Shown: one piece after another, positions 9,042 to 19,516 of the stretch
Layout: each line of letters starts with the position of its first letter
How positions within the stretch are numbered: position 1 is the first letter of the stretch
Origin: Patescibacteria group bacterium
Lineage (GTDB): Bacteria; Patescibacteriota; UBA1384; UBA12157; JAENIV01
Direction of reading: 5' to 3'
NCBI GenBank assembly: GCA_049515915.1
Contig: JBEKTP010000005.1
Coordinates: 15,307 to 79,306 of the forward strand
DNA: 64,000 nt
The notes under the pieces: generated by a model
Seen by the model: the letters and a program-made list of their open reading frames with translations, nothing else
What the model was told of the DNA's origin: nothing
Databases searched by the model: none
Translations under genes and position numbers: made by a program

Positions 9042-9632
9042 TTATCTTGAGTAAAACTCAATGATTAATTGATCATTAATGTCGGTATCGAAATCTTCGC
9101 GTGTTGGTAAAGATTTAATTTCTGCTTTTAACGACTTTTCATCAACTTTTATCCAGTTGGGGATTTTAACTTTACTAGGTTTAACTAAATCTTTAGAAAC
9201 TGGACTGATAACATCACCGGATTTAACGGTTAAAGACGGAATATTTGATATTTTACCGTTAACTTGAATTTTGCGATGCAAAACAAGCTGTCGGGCTTGA
9301 GCCCGAGAAACACCCCAACCCAGCCGATAAACAATATTATCAAGACGGATTTCTAAAAGTCTAAAAAGTTGCTCGCCGGTATTTTTAGCCGATTTTGAAG
9401 CTCGTTTGAAAATATTAACAAATTGTTTTTCTCGCAGGCCGTATTCGGCTTTGGCTTTCTGTTTTTCAACAAGCTGCAAGCCATATTCAGATTTACGGGG
9501 ATTTGATTTTTTAGTGCCGTGGGCACCCGGTGGATAATTTCGGCGAGTTAAAGCACAATTCGGCGTATTACAACGATCTCCTTTTAAAAAAAGCTTAGCG
9601 CCAAATTTTCGGCATTTTGTACATTTGTCCAT
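9042..9632 (-). CDS. rpsD: 30S ribosomal protein S4 (Zn-ribbon form)
   Basis: CxxCR..G.KLFLKG.RC, YG.QL.EKQK, LE.RLDN.VYRLG, IIEFYSR. Confidence 0.96.
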   Translation of the reverse strand: MDKCTKCRKFGAKLFLKGDRCNTPNCALTRRNYPPGAHGTKKSNPRKSEYGLQLVEKQKAKAEYGLREKQFVNIFKRASKSAKNTGEQLFRLLEIRLDNIVYRLGWGVSRAQARQLVLHRKIQVNGKISNIPSLTVKSGDVISPVSKDLVKPSKVKIPNWIKVDEKSLKAEIKSLPTREDFDTDINDQLIIEFYSR

Positions 9633-10021
9633 TAGACTCTCCGGATTTTTTTAGGTCGGGGGCCATTATGAGGAATAGGGGTGGTATCTTTTATGGAAAT
9701 GACTTTTACCCCTTGTCCACCGACCGCTCTGACCGCCGACTCACGACCCGAACCCACCCCGGCAACTTTGATAATTACCTCCGTAAGCTCATGAAAAGCT
9801 TTGGCTTTATCAAAAGCCTTTCGAACGGCAATCTGGGCCGCGAAAGGAGTTGATTTTTTGGTACCCGAAAAGCCGCTCGCCCCGGCGCTCGCCCAAGAAA
9901 TGGCATTACCATTTTCATCAGTAATGGTAACAATGGTATTATTAAAAGTTGACTGGATATAGACGATACCCTTACTGACAGGCTGAATAACCTTCTTCTT
10001 TTTTTTGATTTTTTTTGGCAT
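9632..10021 (-). CDS. rpsK: 30S ribosomal protein S11
   Basis: [31 protein letters not shown]. Confidence 0.97.
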   Translation of the reverse strand: MPKKIKKKKKVIQPVSKGIVYIQSTFNNTIVTITDENGNAISWASAGASGFSGTKKSTPFAAQIAVRKAFDKAKAFHELTEVIIKVAGVGSGRESAVRAVGGQGVKVISIKDTTPIPHNGPRPKKIRRV

Positions 10022-10055
10022 TATGTTGTTATACTCTTTAAATTAAGCTCAAGGT

Positions 10056-10442
10056 TTACGTTTTTTCAGCGGCTTTCTTGCGACCCGAACCAACAGTCAC
10101 TTTTTTGCCACGCTTCGTTCGAGCGTTAGTTTTGGTTCTTTGACCACGAACAGGCAAATTTCGCCTGTGACGCATTCCGCGATAAGTTCCGATTTCTTGA
10201 AGACGTTTAATATTCTGCGACACTTCCATTCTTAAATCGCCTTCGACTTTATAATTCTTATCAATTATTTCTCGGATTCTCTCAAGCTCGCTGTCGGACA
10301 AATCGGAAACTTTCGTTCCAGGCTTAACACCGGCTTGAGAAGCAATTTTTCTTCCCAATTCAATACCGACCCCTTTGATATAGGCTAATGAATATTCAAC
10401 GTGCTTGTTGTCTGGAATATTTACACCAGCTACTCTAGCCAT
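10056..10442 (-). CDS. rpsM: 30S ribosomal protein S13
   Basis: MARVAGV.IP, YRG.RH...[14 protein letters not shown]. Confidence 0.97.
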   Translation of the reverse strand: MARVAGVNIPDNKHVEYSLAYIKGVGIELGRKIASQAGVKPGTKVSDLSDSELERIREIIDKNYKVEGDLRMEVSQNIKRLQEIGTYRGMRHRRNLPVRGQRTKTNARTKRGKKVTVGSGRKKAAEKT

Positions 10443-10452
10443 TTTAAATCCT

Positions 10453-10566
10453 TTATCCTTGACGCTGCTTGTGCTTGGGATTACTACAAATTACCCGCAA
10501 AACTCTTTTACGTCGAATTACTTTACACTTAAGACAAATTTTTTTAACAGAGGGTCTTACTTTCAT
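10453..10566 (-). CDS. rpmJ: 50S ribosomal protein L36 (below the ORF-track cutoff)
   Basis: Hand translation [37 protein letters not shown]. Confidence 0.97.
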   Translation of the reverse strand: MKVRPSVKKICLKCKVIRRKRVLRVICSNPKHKQRQG

Positions 10567-10586
10567 CGTATTTCATTAATTAATAG

Positions 10587-10808
10587 CTATAATCGTCGCG
10601 TAATCCGACCTTTGGTTAAATCATAAGGTGAAAGCTCAACCGTCACTTTATCTCCTGGCAAAATTTTAATATAATGCATTCTGATTTTGCCTGAGACATG
10701 AGCTAAGATTTCCTGACCGTTTTCAAGTGCAACATTAAAAGTAGCGTTTGGCAGAGCTTCGGACACAGTCCCCTCGAAAACAATTTTTTCTTTTTCCATA
10801 TCTTGCAC
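10587..10808 (-). CDS. infA: Translation initiation factor IF-1
   Basis: [41 protein letters not shown]. Confidence 0.97.
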   Translation of the reverse strand: MQDMEKEKIVFEGTVSEALPNATFNVALENGQEILAHVSGKIRMHYIKILPGDKVTVELSPYDLTKGRITRRL

Positions 10809-10852
10809 AACTCAATCATTACTACAATTTATTTAGTAGTAAATCTGTAATT

Positions 10853-10881
10853 ATTGTAACATATTGGTCTATATTAGTCAA
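10853..10881 (-). promoter_or_regulatory. sigma70-type promoter for the infA-rpmJ-rpsM...rpsI block
   Basis: TTGACT-N17-TACAAT. Confidence 0.7.
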
Positions 10882-10893
10882 GATATGGATGTG

Positions 10894-10921
10894 TGAAGGG
10901 GCGCCGGAAGGCGCCCCTTCA
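10894..10921. terminator. Perfect 12-bp GC hairpin downstream of the 10937 ORF
   Basis: TGAAGGGGCGCC-GGAA-GGCGCCCCTTCA; no clear U-tract. Confidence 0.6.
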
Positions 10922-10936
10922 GTGATTCAGAGATGG

Positions 10937-11278
10937 CTAGTTTCTTCTGACCATATCGGAGGGTATGGTGTCCAGGGGGTCGTAGGTTCGTAGGCACTGG
11001 TGGCAAAAGTACATCCCTTCGTACTTGGCGAAAAAGAACGCCAATCCACCGTCTTTGCCTTTCGCTTTCGCGCTACAGACTGTCCCCTCAGCCCGGATGG
11101 GACGATAGAGGTGGATTTTTCCACGTTCATCTTGAACACAAGGTATCCCGAGAGCTTTATATTGCGTCATAAGCTCAAGACAGCGTTTGTCGCGCCAGAC
11201 GCTACGGCGAAATACGACGTATGATGCGATACATCCTGTAACAACAATCACTCCAGTCAATAGCAGACCATTAATCAT
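10937..11278 (-). CDS. Hypothetical membrane-anchored protein with a Cys cluster (possible Zn ribbon), GC-richer singleton
   Basis: N-terminal TM, C...H...C..CHQC; start placed at the ATG behind an AGGAG SD; promoter TTGAAA-N17-TAAAAT at 11309-11337. Confidence 0.65.
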   Translation of the reverse strand: MINGLLLTGVIVVTGCIASYVVFRRSVWRDKRCLELMTQYKALGIPCVQDERGKIHLYRPIRAEGTVCSAKAKGKDGGLAFFFAKYEGMYFCHQCLRTYDPLDTIPSDMVRRN

Positions 11279-11364
11279 ACTGTTGACTCCTTCCATTATG
11301 GTGATTGCATTTTAACACAAAAAAAGACAGATTTCAACGATAAAAGATTGTGATATCGATGAAT

Positions 11365-12111
11365 TTATTCTGTCGTTAGTATATCGTAACCGCTCTTGGT
11401 CACTACTACCGTATGTTCAAAATGGGCTGAAAGTGAGCCGTCAGCCGTGACAACCGTCCAATCATCTTTAAGGATTTTAACATGCCAATCTCCGTCGGAA
11501 ATCATGGGTTCAATCGCCAAGGTGTATCCTTCTTTTAAAATCAAACCAGTGCCCGCTTTTCCATAATTGAGAATAGGAGGGTATTCTTGAAGTTCTTGAC
11601 CGATGCCATGGCCGGAAAGATCTCGAATAACACTAAACCCAGCTCCTTCGACAATCGTTTGGATGCGATGTTGAATATCACCCAAGTGCAGACCCGGTTT
11701 GATAATCGAAAGACCTTCGTCAAGAGATTTTTTAGCGATATCTATTAGTTCTTTCTTTTGAAAATTGATTTTGCCCACGCCAAGGGTTAACGCAGTATCT
11801 GTATGAAACCCTTCATATTGAACACCTAAATCGATCCCGATAATGTCGCCTTCTCTGAGTATTCGGCCGCCAGGAATGCCGTGCACGACTTCCGAATTAA
11901 CCGATGTGCAAATCGAGGCCGGATAGCCCTGATAATGAAAAAATGAGGCTTTTGCCCGTGCTTTTTTTAATTCGGCTCGAGCTAAAATATCTAAATCACC
12001 GGTCGTTATGCCTGGTTTTACTGTTATTGCAAGCAAATTTAAAACATGGGCAGCGATTTGGCCACCCCTTCGCATTTTCTCGATTTCATCGGAATTTTTT
12101 TGATAAATCAT
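11365..12111 (-). CDS. map: Methionine aminopeptidase, type I
   Basis: SVN..VVHGIP, D.G....G.H.D.A, GHGIG, AIEPM, SAHFEHT. Confidence 0.96.
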   Translation of the reverse strand: MIYQKNSDEIEKMRRGGQIAAHVLNLLAITVKPGITTGDLDILARAELKKARAKASFFHYQGYPASICTSVNSEVVHGIPGGRILREGDIIGIDLGVQYEGFHTDTALTLGVGKINFQKKELIDIAKKSLDEGLSIIKPGLHLGDIQHRIQTIVEGAGFSVIRDLSGHGIGQELQEYPPILNYGKAGTGLILKEGYTLAIEPMISDGDWHVKILKDDWTVVTADGSLSAHFEHTVVVTKSGYDILTTE

Positions 12112-12126
12112 ACCACAACTATTTTA

Positions 12127-12783
12127 CTAAGGATCACTGAAGATTTTTTCCACCTTTAATTCAATCTCATCGGCAACCTCATCAATTGGTGGGTTGCCGT
12201 CAATCTCAATTAAGACCTTTAATTTTTTATAAAAATCAATCAAAGGTTTAGTTTGTTCATTATAAACTGCTAAACGTTCTTTGACAACATCAGGTTTATC
12301 GTCTTCGCGCAAAATTAAATCTCCGTGGCATTCGTCACACTTTTTAATTTTTAGCTGAGCGGGGTTCTGAAAGATTTTTTTACAATTTTGACAAACGCGG
12401 CGGGTTGAGATGCGCTCGATTAAATTTTTCGAATCAACCTTTAAATTTAAAACAAAGACTTTACTTTTCGTGGTATTAAAATAATTTTGGAGATGTTCAA
12501 CTTGATTTAAAGTGCGGGGATATCCATCAAAAATAACACTTGAACCAAACCGTAAATTTTTAAGAGCTTGATCAACCAACTCGTTAGCGGTTTGATTATC
12601 GACTAACCTACCCGATTCGATTATATTTTTAATTTTCTTCCCCAGGTCAGTTTTATCATTTAATTCGATCCTCATGAGATCACCTGTTCCAAGATAACTT
12701 AAGCCAAAATGTTTAACGAGCTTTTTTGCTTGGGTACCTTTACCCGAGCCGGGCGCTCCGAAAATAATAAAGTGTTTTGTCAT
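12127..12783 (-). CDS. adk: Adenylate kinase (Zn-LID form)
   Basis: GAPGSGKGTQA, TGDL.R, DGYPRT..Q, CQNC...CDEC, R.DD. Confidence 0.96.
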   Translation of the reverse strand: MTKHFIIFGAPGSGKGTQAKKLVKHFGLSYLGTGDLMRIELNDKTDLGKKIKNIIESGRLVDNQTANELVDQALKNLRFGSSVIFDGYPRTLNQVEHLQNYFNTTKSKVFVLNLKVDSKNLIERISTRRVCQNCKKIFQNPAQLKIKKCDECHGDLILREDDKPDVVKERLAVYNEQTKPLIDFYKKLKVLIEIDGNPPIDEVADEIELKVEKIFSDP

Positions 12784-12784
12784 T

Positions 12785-13369
12785 TTAACTTCCCCAGTTA
12801 CGAACAGAGTCAATTAGATAAGAATCACCCACCGCTTTGGTCGTGAAAATTTTAGTGATTTGGGTTTGACCTTTAAAAACAACAGTTACCTCGACTGTTT
12901 GTTCGTCGATTTGAACAATATTGCTGATCACCGATTGGGTAGGTGGATTTGTTCCCACAAATGCCGTAAGCTCATCAGATAAATTAGTGATTAACTGACC
13001 ACTGGAATTTTGAAGATTAGCCAAAGCTAATTGAGCGGTCAGCGTTAGTAGATTCTTGGCATCTTGAGCGTTTTGATCATTCTGAGAACCGGACGATTTT
13101 GTCCATAAATTAATAAAGTTGGTGACGGTTTGCTCCGATTGGGTTTTCCATGCTGGCGCGGTCGGCGAAGGGCTGGGTACAGGTTTAACGAGAGCCGGGG
13201 CAATAAATCGTTGATAGACAAGCAGTCCGCCGAGAAGAATAACTAATATGATAATTAAAATAACGCTCCATTGGAGTAAAAAACTTTTCTTTTCGGGATT
13301 ATTTTTAGATGCGATTTGGCGAAGTTTAGTTTCGTCAATTACAGGTGGTGGGGTGGGTGTATGATCCAA
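12785..13369 (-). CDS. Hypothetical single-pass membrane protein with a Pro-rich linker
   Basis: TM at ~aa 32-55, PVPSPSPTAP linker; TTG start with AAGGAG SD. Confidence 0.75.
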   Translation of the reverse strand: MDHTPTPPPVIDETKLRQIASKNNPEKKSFLLQWSVILIIILVILLGGLLVYQRFIAPALVKPVPSPSPTAPAWKTQSEQTVTNFINLWTKSSGSQNDQNAQDAKNLLTLTAQLALANLQNSSGQLITNLSDELTAFVGTNPPTQSVISNIVQIDEQTVEVTVVFKGQTQITKIFTTKAVGDSYLIDSVRNWGS

Positions 13370-13383
13370 ATCAACTCCTTAAT

Positions 13384-14055
13384 TTATTTAGCTACAGCAA
13401 TTAAAGTAATTGCCCAGATGCCTTGACCGCCTTTGATGTCAGGTTGAATTAAAGTGATCAGGTATTTTTGGGAGTTTTTAGAAACAGTGACCGTTGCTGT
13501 ACCGGCTGTATTATCCTTAGCTTGAAGGGTGTATTGGTCGGTATTTTGAAGACCGTAAGCCGGGCTTGAGTCGGCTTGGGCTGTCTGAACCGGGTCTAGC
13601 CGAAATTGATATTTGCTGATGTTTTTTTCGATGGCAGTGACCTGGGTCGTATTAACCGTATAGGCAATTTGACCATTTTTGGGAATAATTAATGTTTGAC
13701 CTGCTTGAACTTTATTCGGATCAGTGATACCGTTAGCGGCGGTTAAATCGGCTAAGGTTAGACCGTTTTGATTAGCGATTCCATAAAGAGTTTCACCCTC
13801 TTTAACCACGTAAGTATCGGTCGGATTCGAAGGACGAGTCGATGATGAAGCGTTAGACTGTATGCTGGTGGTTGAACTTGGACTAGGTGAAAGCGGTTGA
13901 GTCGAAACAGCATCTTGAATGGCTGGCGAGGACGAACTACCTGTCGAATTTTTTTCAAGGGTCTTAGTTTTAAAAAAGAAAAAACTTGAAGCACCTGAAA
14001 GCGCAAGAATAATTACAACTAAAACGCAGAAAAGTACCCATGTTTTTTTGGTCAT
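13384..14055 (-). CDS. Membrane-anchored LysM-domain protein
   Basis: N-terminal TM, Ser/Thr linker, YVVKEGETLYGIA...G..L..L..ANGI.DPN.V.AGQ.L.IP. Confidence 0.88.
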   Translation of the reverse strand: MTKKTWVLFCVLVVIILALSGASSFFFFKTKTLEKNSTGSSSSPAIQDAVSTQPLSPSPSSTTSIQSNASSSTRPSNPTDTYVVKEGETLYGIANQNGLTLADLTAANGITDPNKVQAGQTLIIPKNGQIAYTVNTTQVTAIEKNISKYQFRLDPVQTAQADSSPAYGLQNTDQYTLQAKDNTAGTATVTVSKNSQKYLITLIQPDIKGGQGIWAITLIAVAK

Positions 14056-14065
14056 TTTTATTCTT

Positions 14066-15064
14066 CTAATTTAGCCAGCCCAAAATCTGGCTGGCTTTTT
14101 CTAGGGTGGATTTTTGCTTACTATTTAAATCAACAATATATATCTGCCCAGCCGTAAGACTATTAACCTTAGTATTGTACTGGGCGACGATGAAAGCAAG
14201 TTTATTTTGCGAATCGAGCTCAACGAATCCTGCTCGCCCGCCGTTAAATTCGGCAATTTCGGTGACGGAACCAGTATTTGGGTTGACGGTATCGATTTCG
14301 CCCGCATTATTGTTGCTGGCTTTACGTTTAGAAATAATAATCGAGTCGCTTGTCGGCCAAGAAACCCAATCCAGAACGTTTCCATTAAGTGTGATAACTT
14401 TATCGGCTTTACCCGAAGCGATACTAAAAGTATTTAAATCCGTGTTTGTACCTGTTGTGATGGCATAGGCAATTTTTGAAGCGTCGGGAGAAAATGCCGG
14501 TGAAATAATTTCCACTTGCGAGCTAACGGCCGTTTTAGGGAGGTTATCGCTTAGATTTTCATAATAAAGCGTAAAACCGTAATTTGCCTCGACATTAGAA
14601 AAGCTGGTAAAAGTAAGTTTGCTGGCGTCAGCAGCGATAGCTAAATTTTCAGGAACTGAAAAATTATCAGAAATCTTTTTTTCTTTGGCTGTTGCCAGGT
14701 CAATGCTGATCAGTTGGCCAACTTTTTTCGAGTCGGCGGAAGTAATGGCCAATACTTCATTCGCTTCCGGGGCCAAGTTCGAAAGCATAATGATTTTATT
14801 TGTTTCGTCAGCATCAGTAAAAACTTTTTTGTCACTGCCATTTTCGTTTTTAAAAATTTGAGTGGCACTGCCGATCGTGACATATAAAAGATCTGAAGAT
14901 GGTTGGGCTGAAGAATTACTCGACGTTGGAGTAATAAGATGATTGGTCGTCACTTTAACAGAAGTTCCGGAACTTGTCGTGGTAATATAGTTTTTATTAA
15001 TATACCAAGCCAGGGCCGTCACGACCGCTATTCCCAAAATAATTGTAATGATCTTTTGAGGCAT
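14066..15064 (-). CDS. Membrane-anchored TolB/WD40-like beta-propeller protein
   Basis: N-terminal TM; PAFSPDASKIAY and VSWP repeat-like motifs. Confidence 0.65.
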   Translation of the reverse strand: MPQKIITIILGIAVVTALAWYINKNYITTTSSGTSVKVTTNHLITPTSSNSSAQPSSDLLYVTIGSATQIFKNENGSDKKVFTDADETNKIIMLSNLAPEANEVLAITSADSKKVGQLISIDLATAKEKKISDNFSVPENLAIAADASKLTFTSFSNVEANYGFTLYYENLSDNLPKTAVSSQVEIISPAFSPDASKIAYAITTGTNTDLNTFSIASGKADKVITLNGNVLDWVSWPTSDSIIISKRKASNNNAGEIDTVNPNTGSVTEIAEFNGGRAGFVELDSQNKLAFIVAQYNTKVNSLTAGQIYIVDLNSKQKSTLEKASQILGWLN

Positions 15065-15136
15065 AATCTGGTTTAGTTTTCGATTTAAAAAATTGAAATG
15101 ATTGATTCCCGAGTATCAGACGGCTGGGCTTTCAAT

Positions 15137-15874
15137 CTAGCCCGTATAATTAAATGTCCCAAGAATTAAATTAAAATCAGTATTATAGGCCGAAGTCTGA
15201 TCGCTCGATATAAGATTTAGTCCGCCAATAAGAGTTACCCGTGAATAAAATGATGAGATGATATTGCCGGCCTGAAAGACGACCTCATCTATTTGCGAAT
15301 TATTAATATTAACCAATTTCATGGCACTGAAAGCGTTTCCCTGACCAATTTGAATATTGGTTTTACCTTCGGCTTGAATTGACTGGACGAAATTATTAAA
15401 GGTAGTCCCGTCTTGAACCTGATTCCAACTTAAGCTGAGTAAATCTACCGATTGAGAATTAACGGTAAAATTTTTGCCTGTTGGATCGATCGTAACGGTT
15501 AACCCAGCTTGACTAGTGACTTCCTTGACTGTAAAGTCGGTAGGATATTGAAAAGTAAAACCATATTGCTGGTTAGTATAAGTTTGCCAGCCGGTGGTTG
15601 GACTAACCGGCGAGGGTGAAAGAGTTAGTGAGGGTGACGGTTTGGGCGAAGTATTCGAAATCACTAACGGTGTCGCCACGGGCCGATAATAATATTTAAA
15701 CCAAAACCAGCCGCCAACGGCGATAAGTATTAATAAATATAATATCGGCAAAGACCACCGTAGAGTGCTTTTTCGCTTAGGAGGTGAGGGTGGTGTTACC
15801 GATGGCTGCGGCGGATAAGACGTTCCCTGCCCGGCGGGATTCAAGGTTGGGGCAGAGTTAGACGGTTGATTCAA
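15137..15874 (-). CDS. Membrane-anchored PsbP-like domain protein
   Basis: Pro-rich N-terminus, TM, W.TY.N..YGF.F.YP..F and F..IL.TF motifs typical of CPR PsbP-like proteins. Confidence 0.65.
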   Translation of the reverse strand: MNQPSNSAPTLNPAGQGTSYPPQPSVTPPSPPKRKSTLRWSLPILYLLILIAVGGWFWFKYYYRPVATPLVISNTSPKPSPSLTLSPSPVSPTTGWQTYTNQQYGFTFQYPTDFTVKEVTSQAGLTVTIDPTGKNFTVNSQSVDLLSLSWNQVQDGTTFNNFVQSIQAEGKTNIQIGQGNAFSAMKLVNINNSQIDEVVFQAGNIISSFYSRVTLIGGLNLISSDQTSAYNTDFNLILGTFNYTG

Positions 15875-15894
15875 TTTTCCTCCTTAAGATCAAC

Positions 15895-17169
15895 TTAATA
15901 AGCTTCGTATTGGCGCATTACAAGTTGGGCCTGTATCTGTCTCATTGTTTCAATTATAACAGAGACCATAATCAAAACGCCAGTCCCTCCGACGACAAGA
16001 GTATTGATATGGGTAACGGCTTGAACGATAAATGGCAAAACGGCGATCACGCCTAGAAACACCGCTCCAGTCAAATTGATGCGCGAAATAATGCCCGATA
16101 AATAATTAGAGGTCTCGGTGCCGGGCCTGACGCCGGGCACAAACCCCCCTTGTTTTTGCAAGTTTTCAGCGATTTGATCAGGTTTTAAAATAATCCCGGT
16201 ATAAAAAAACGTAAAGGCAATCACTAAAACAAAGTATAAAATGCCGTAAAACCAGTTGTTCGAAAATAAATTCGAAACATATGTCGCTGTACCGGCCAAC
16301 CAAGCTGCTTTAGCTTGAGTAAAATATTTAGCAATCACTCCTGGAAAAAGCATAATTGACATGGCAAAAATAATCGGAATAACCCCACCGGTGTTGACAC
16401 GAATAGGTAGATGAGTATCGACGCCACCATAAGCTTTAAGTCCGCGAATTCTTCTCGCATATGAAACCGGAATCTGGCGCTGGCCTTCGTTGACTAAAAC
16501 AATTAAAACAATAACGCCTAGAGCAATAATACCATAGATAATTAGACCAATGATTTTACTGGTGTCTAAAACGGCTAATGTATTACGAACTTGGGTCGGT
16601 AGCCCAGCAATAATGCCAAGGGTAATAATCAACGAGACGCCGTTACCAATGCCGTTTTCAGAAATAAGCTCACCTAACCACATTAGAAGAATTGTGCCGG
16701 CGGTAATCGAAATAATCATGGTTATTAATTGAAATGGCGTCCAAGAACTCACTATGCCCTGACTTTTTAAAAGGGAAAGCATGGCAAAGGATTGAACAAT
16801 CGCCAACGGCACGGTCAAAATTCTTGTCCAGTAGTTAATTTTTTCCTGGCCTGCCTCGCCTTCTTTTTGGAGTTCTTCCAACGAGGGAATAACCATGCCT
16901 AAAAGTTGAAAAATAATAGAAGAGGTAATATAAGGCCCCACCCCCATCATGATAACCGAAAAGTTTTGCATGGAGCCGCCCGAAAACATATTCAGAAGCC
17001 CGAAAATTTGATTTCGGCCGAAGAAATTGCGAAGTTCGTCAATGTTGACACCAGGCAAAGGAATATGAGCTAAAACCCTGACAATTACCAAAAGACTAAC
17101 CGCATATAAAATCCGTTTTCTTAAATCCGGCAGTGTAAATATTTGTTTGAAAGTCTCCCAGAACTTCAT
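15895..17169 (-). CDS. secY: Preprotein translocase SecY
   Basis: IPLPG, GV.PYITSSII.QLL, WLGELI.E.GIGNG.S, GVIPIIFA, GGFVPG.RPG, GGT..LI.V. Confidence 0.98.
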   Translation of the reverse strand: MKFWETFKQIFTLPDLRKRILYAVSLLVIVRVLAHIPLPGVNIDELRNFFGRNQIFGLLNMFSGGSMQNFSVIMMGVGPYITSSIIFQLLGMVIPSLEELQKEGEAGQEKINYWTRILTVPLAIVQSFAMLSLLKSQGIVSSWTPFQLITMIISITAGTILLMWLGELISENGIGNGVSLIITLGIIAGLPTQVRNTLAVLDTSKIIGLIIYGIIALGVIVLIVLVNEGQRQIPVSYARRIRGLKAYGGVDTHLPIRVNTGGVIPIIFAMSIMLFPGVIAKYFTQAKAAWLAGTATYVSNLFSNNWFYGILYFVLVIAFTFFYTGIILKPDQIAENLQKQGGFVPGVRPGTETSNYLSGIISRINLTGAVFLGVIAVLPFIVQAVTHINTLVVGGTGVLIMVSVIIETMRQIQAQLVMRQYEAY

Positions 17170-17199
17170 CTTGTTCCTTTGACTGGAACGAGAATTATA

Positions 17200-17685
17200 T
17201 TATTTTTGGGATTTTGACATGGCAGTCTTTTTAGCCACTGTTTTGATAGGCTTTTTTAGCACTGTAGTTTTAATAGCCAAATAGGTTTTTAATTTTTTTT
17301 GAGTAAGCCTTACATCGCGATATTTAAAATTGATTTCTGAATTTTTATCATTTAAAACTTTTACCGGCTTATTCATCGACTTGATAAGTTTTTTTTCAAA
17401 TAGTGTTTTTGGAGAAACTACCTCGCCTGCGCGAAAATTTTTTTCAAGTTGAGAAATTTGAACAATTTGAAACTTCAGGTTTAAGCTTCGAAACCCACGT
17501 GTTTTCGGCATCCGCTGAATCAACGGCATTTGACCACCTTCAAAACGCCGCGGAATATTGTGTCCTGATCGAGATTTCTGGCCCTTGGTACCCCGGCCTG
17601 ATGTTTTACCTCGGCCCGAGCCCAAACCACGACCCAATCTTTTCGAGACTTTTGTTGTCGTTTTTGACAACTTATCAAGTTTCAT
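17200..17685 (-). CDS. rplO: 50S ribosomal protein L15
   Basis: [34 protein letters not shown]; start placed at MKLDKL. Confidence 0.96.
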   Translation of the reverse strand: MKLDKLSKTTTKVSKRLGRGLGSGRGKTSGRGTKGQKSRSGHNIPRRFEGGQMPLIQRMPKTRGFRSLNLKFQIVQISQLEKNFRAGEVVSPKTLFEKKLIKSMNKPVKVLNDKNSEINFKYRDVRLTQKKLKTYLAIKTTVLKKPIKTVAKKTAMSKSQK

Positions 17686-18211
17686 TTTTTTCCTTTGACT
17701 CAGTTGAAAACTTTTCAAGCGCTTCAATTGTCGCTTTAGCATTATTGACTTTATTGGCCGTCCCTAAAATTTTTGCTACTACATTTTTAATGCCGGCCAA
17801 CTCACAGATAACTCGAATAGCCCCACCCGCCACAATGGAAGTACCAGGTTTAGCTGGTCTTAAAATAATATGAGCCGCACCGCTCTTTAACTCAATCCGA
17901 TAAGGAATAGTATCATTTTTAATGACAACATTGATCATATTCTTTTGCGCGATTTTATTTGCCTTATTAACAGCGTCAACAACTTCGGCGGCTTTTCCAA
18001 CCCCGATACCAATTTTACCGGCTCGATTACCTAAAACAACTAAGGCCCGAAAGCGAACACGTTTTCCACCACGGACTGTTCGTGAGACACGATCAACCTG
18101 TAAAACCCGGCGCTCAAATTCATCTTGCCCTTGTTCAGGGTTTCTACCGTGCTCAAATGGTCTCACGGAAGAAGATTTTTTTGTGAATTTATTCATTTTT
18201 TCTTCTGCCAT
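17675..18211 (-). CDS. rpsE: 30S ribosomal protein S5
   Basis: RVS.TV.GG.R.RF.ALVV.G...G.IG.G.GKA.EV, PA..GT...AGG. Confidence 0.96.
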   Translation of the reverse strand: MAEEKMNKFTKKSSSVRPFEHGRNPEQGQDEFERRVLQVDRVSRTVRGGKRVRFRALVVLGNRAGKIGIGVGKAAEVVDAVNKANKIAQKNMINVVIKNDTIPYRIELKSGAAHIILRPAKPGTSIVAGGAIRVICELAGIKNVVAKILGTANKVNNAKATIEALEKFSTESKEKNET

Positions 18212-18212
18212 T

Positions 18213-18512
18213 TTAAAACTCCAAACCAGCTTTACGTAAGTTTTCAGCCAATATTTTTACTTGACCGTGATATTTATAGCCACCGCGATCAAAAACAACA
18301 GATTTAATTTTTTTTGCCCGTAAAATTTTAACAAAGGTCAAGATCAAATCTTTATCTTTCAGAGTGGAGGCCGAAGCAAGCGTTTTACCCTTATCATCAT
18401 CGATCGCCTGCAAATATAAATTCTTATTTGAACGAAAAACGACGACTCGCGGGCGATCGCTGGTTCCAAAAACTTTTGCTCTAATTCTAATTTTACGACT
18501 CATCTTACTCAT
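18213..18512 (-). CDS. rplR: 50S ribosomal protein L18 (short)
   Basis: RPR..VFRSN...[18 protein letters not shown]. Confidence 0.95.
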   Translation of the reverse strand: MSKMSRKIRIRAKVFGTSDRPRVVVFRSNKNLYLQAIDDDKGKTLASASTLKDKDLILTFVKILRAKKIKSVVFDRGGYKYHGQVKILAENLRKAGLEF

Positions 18513-18521
18513 CAGTTTTCC

Positions 18522-19076
18522 TTATTGGTTACTCCCAATGGCCGCTTTGGCGGCTTTACCAGCTTTACGACGTGGAATTTCGTTAATATATTTAATCCCT
18601 TTGCCTTTATACGGCTCAACTGGTTTAATAGCTCGTATTTCAGCGGCCGCTTGGCCGACTTTTTGCTTATCGGAGCCGGAAACAGTTATCACGTTCTTTT
18701 CAACTTTTATTTCAATTCCTTCAGGTACTTTAAAAATTACCGGATGGGAGAAACCGACATTGAGCGTTAAAACACCTCCCGACACTTCCGCCTTAAAACC
18801 GACACCTTTAAAATCAAGCTGTTTAATAAAACCTTTTGATAAGCCTATCACCATATTGTCGATTAGCTGTCGCGTTAAACCATGCAAGGATTTTGATTGC
18901 TTATCATCTTTTTTCCGGTTAACGGATACGGAATTTTCGAATACCTCAACGGAAATATTTTTTTGCAAATCAAAATTTTGCTCACCTTTGGGACTGGAAA
19001 CTTTAACGGTGTGATCAATAACTTCGACTTTGACACCTTCGGGGATAATTATTTTTTTACGACCTATTTTTGACAT
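18522..19076 (-). CDS. rplF: 50S ribosomal protein L6
   Basis: MSKIG...I.IP, GFSHP, EPYKGKGI.Y. Confidence 0.97.
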   Translation of the reverse strand: MSKIGRKKIIIPEGVKVEVIDHTVKVSSPKGEQNFDLQKNISVEVFENSVSVNRKKDDKQSKSLHGLTRQLIDNMVIGLSKGFIKQLDFKGVGFKAEVSGGVLTLNVGFSHPVIFKVPEGIEIKVEKNVITVSGSDKQKVGQAAAEIRAIKPVEPYKGKGIKYINEIPRRKAGKAAKAAIGSNQ

Positions 19077-19093
19077 CGATTCTCTTACTAATT

Positions 19094-19465
19094 TTATATA
19101 ATTTCGGCTAAGATTTCACCGCCAATGCCTTTTTTGCGAGCCTCTTCACCGGACATTAATCCCTCAGAAGTTGAAAGAATAAATAAGCCTCTAGGGGTTC
19201 GCGTTTTTGGAATTTGAGAGGAAACAGTATAAACTCGGCGACCCGGTCGACTAACCCGCTGGATTTTCAGCATAATACTGCTCGGTTCAATTTCAATTTT
19301 TTTAAAATTCTTATCAGCCATTTCTTTAAAGTCGGCGATATAGCCATTGGTTTTTAATATTATCAAAATGGCTATCTTTAACTTTGAATACGGCACTTTT
19401 AAACTCTTCTTACGAGCAAGGGAAGCGTTTTTGATTTGGGTAAGCATTTCTGTAATTGGATCCAT
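19094..19465 (-). CDS. rpsH: 30S ribosomal protein S8
   Basis: MDPI.EMLT.IKNA, RVSRPG.R.Y, STS.G.M....AR...IGGE. Confidence 0.95.
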   Translation of the reverse strand: MDPITEMLTQIKNASLARKKSLKVPYSKLKIAILIILKTNGYIADFKEMADKNFKKIEIEPSSIMLKIQRVSRPGRRVYTVSSQIPKTRTPRGLFILSTSEGLMSGEEARKKGIGGEILAEII

Positions 19466-19516
19466 GATTCTCCTATATATTAGTAACGCGGTTTGGCCTT
19501 TGGCCACCTGCGTTAT

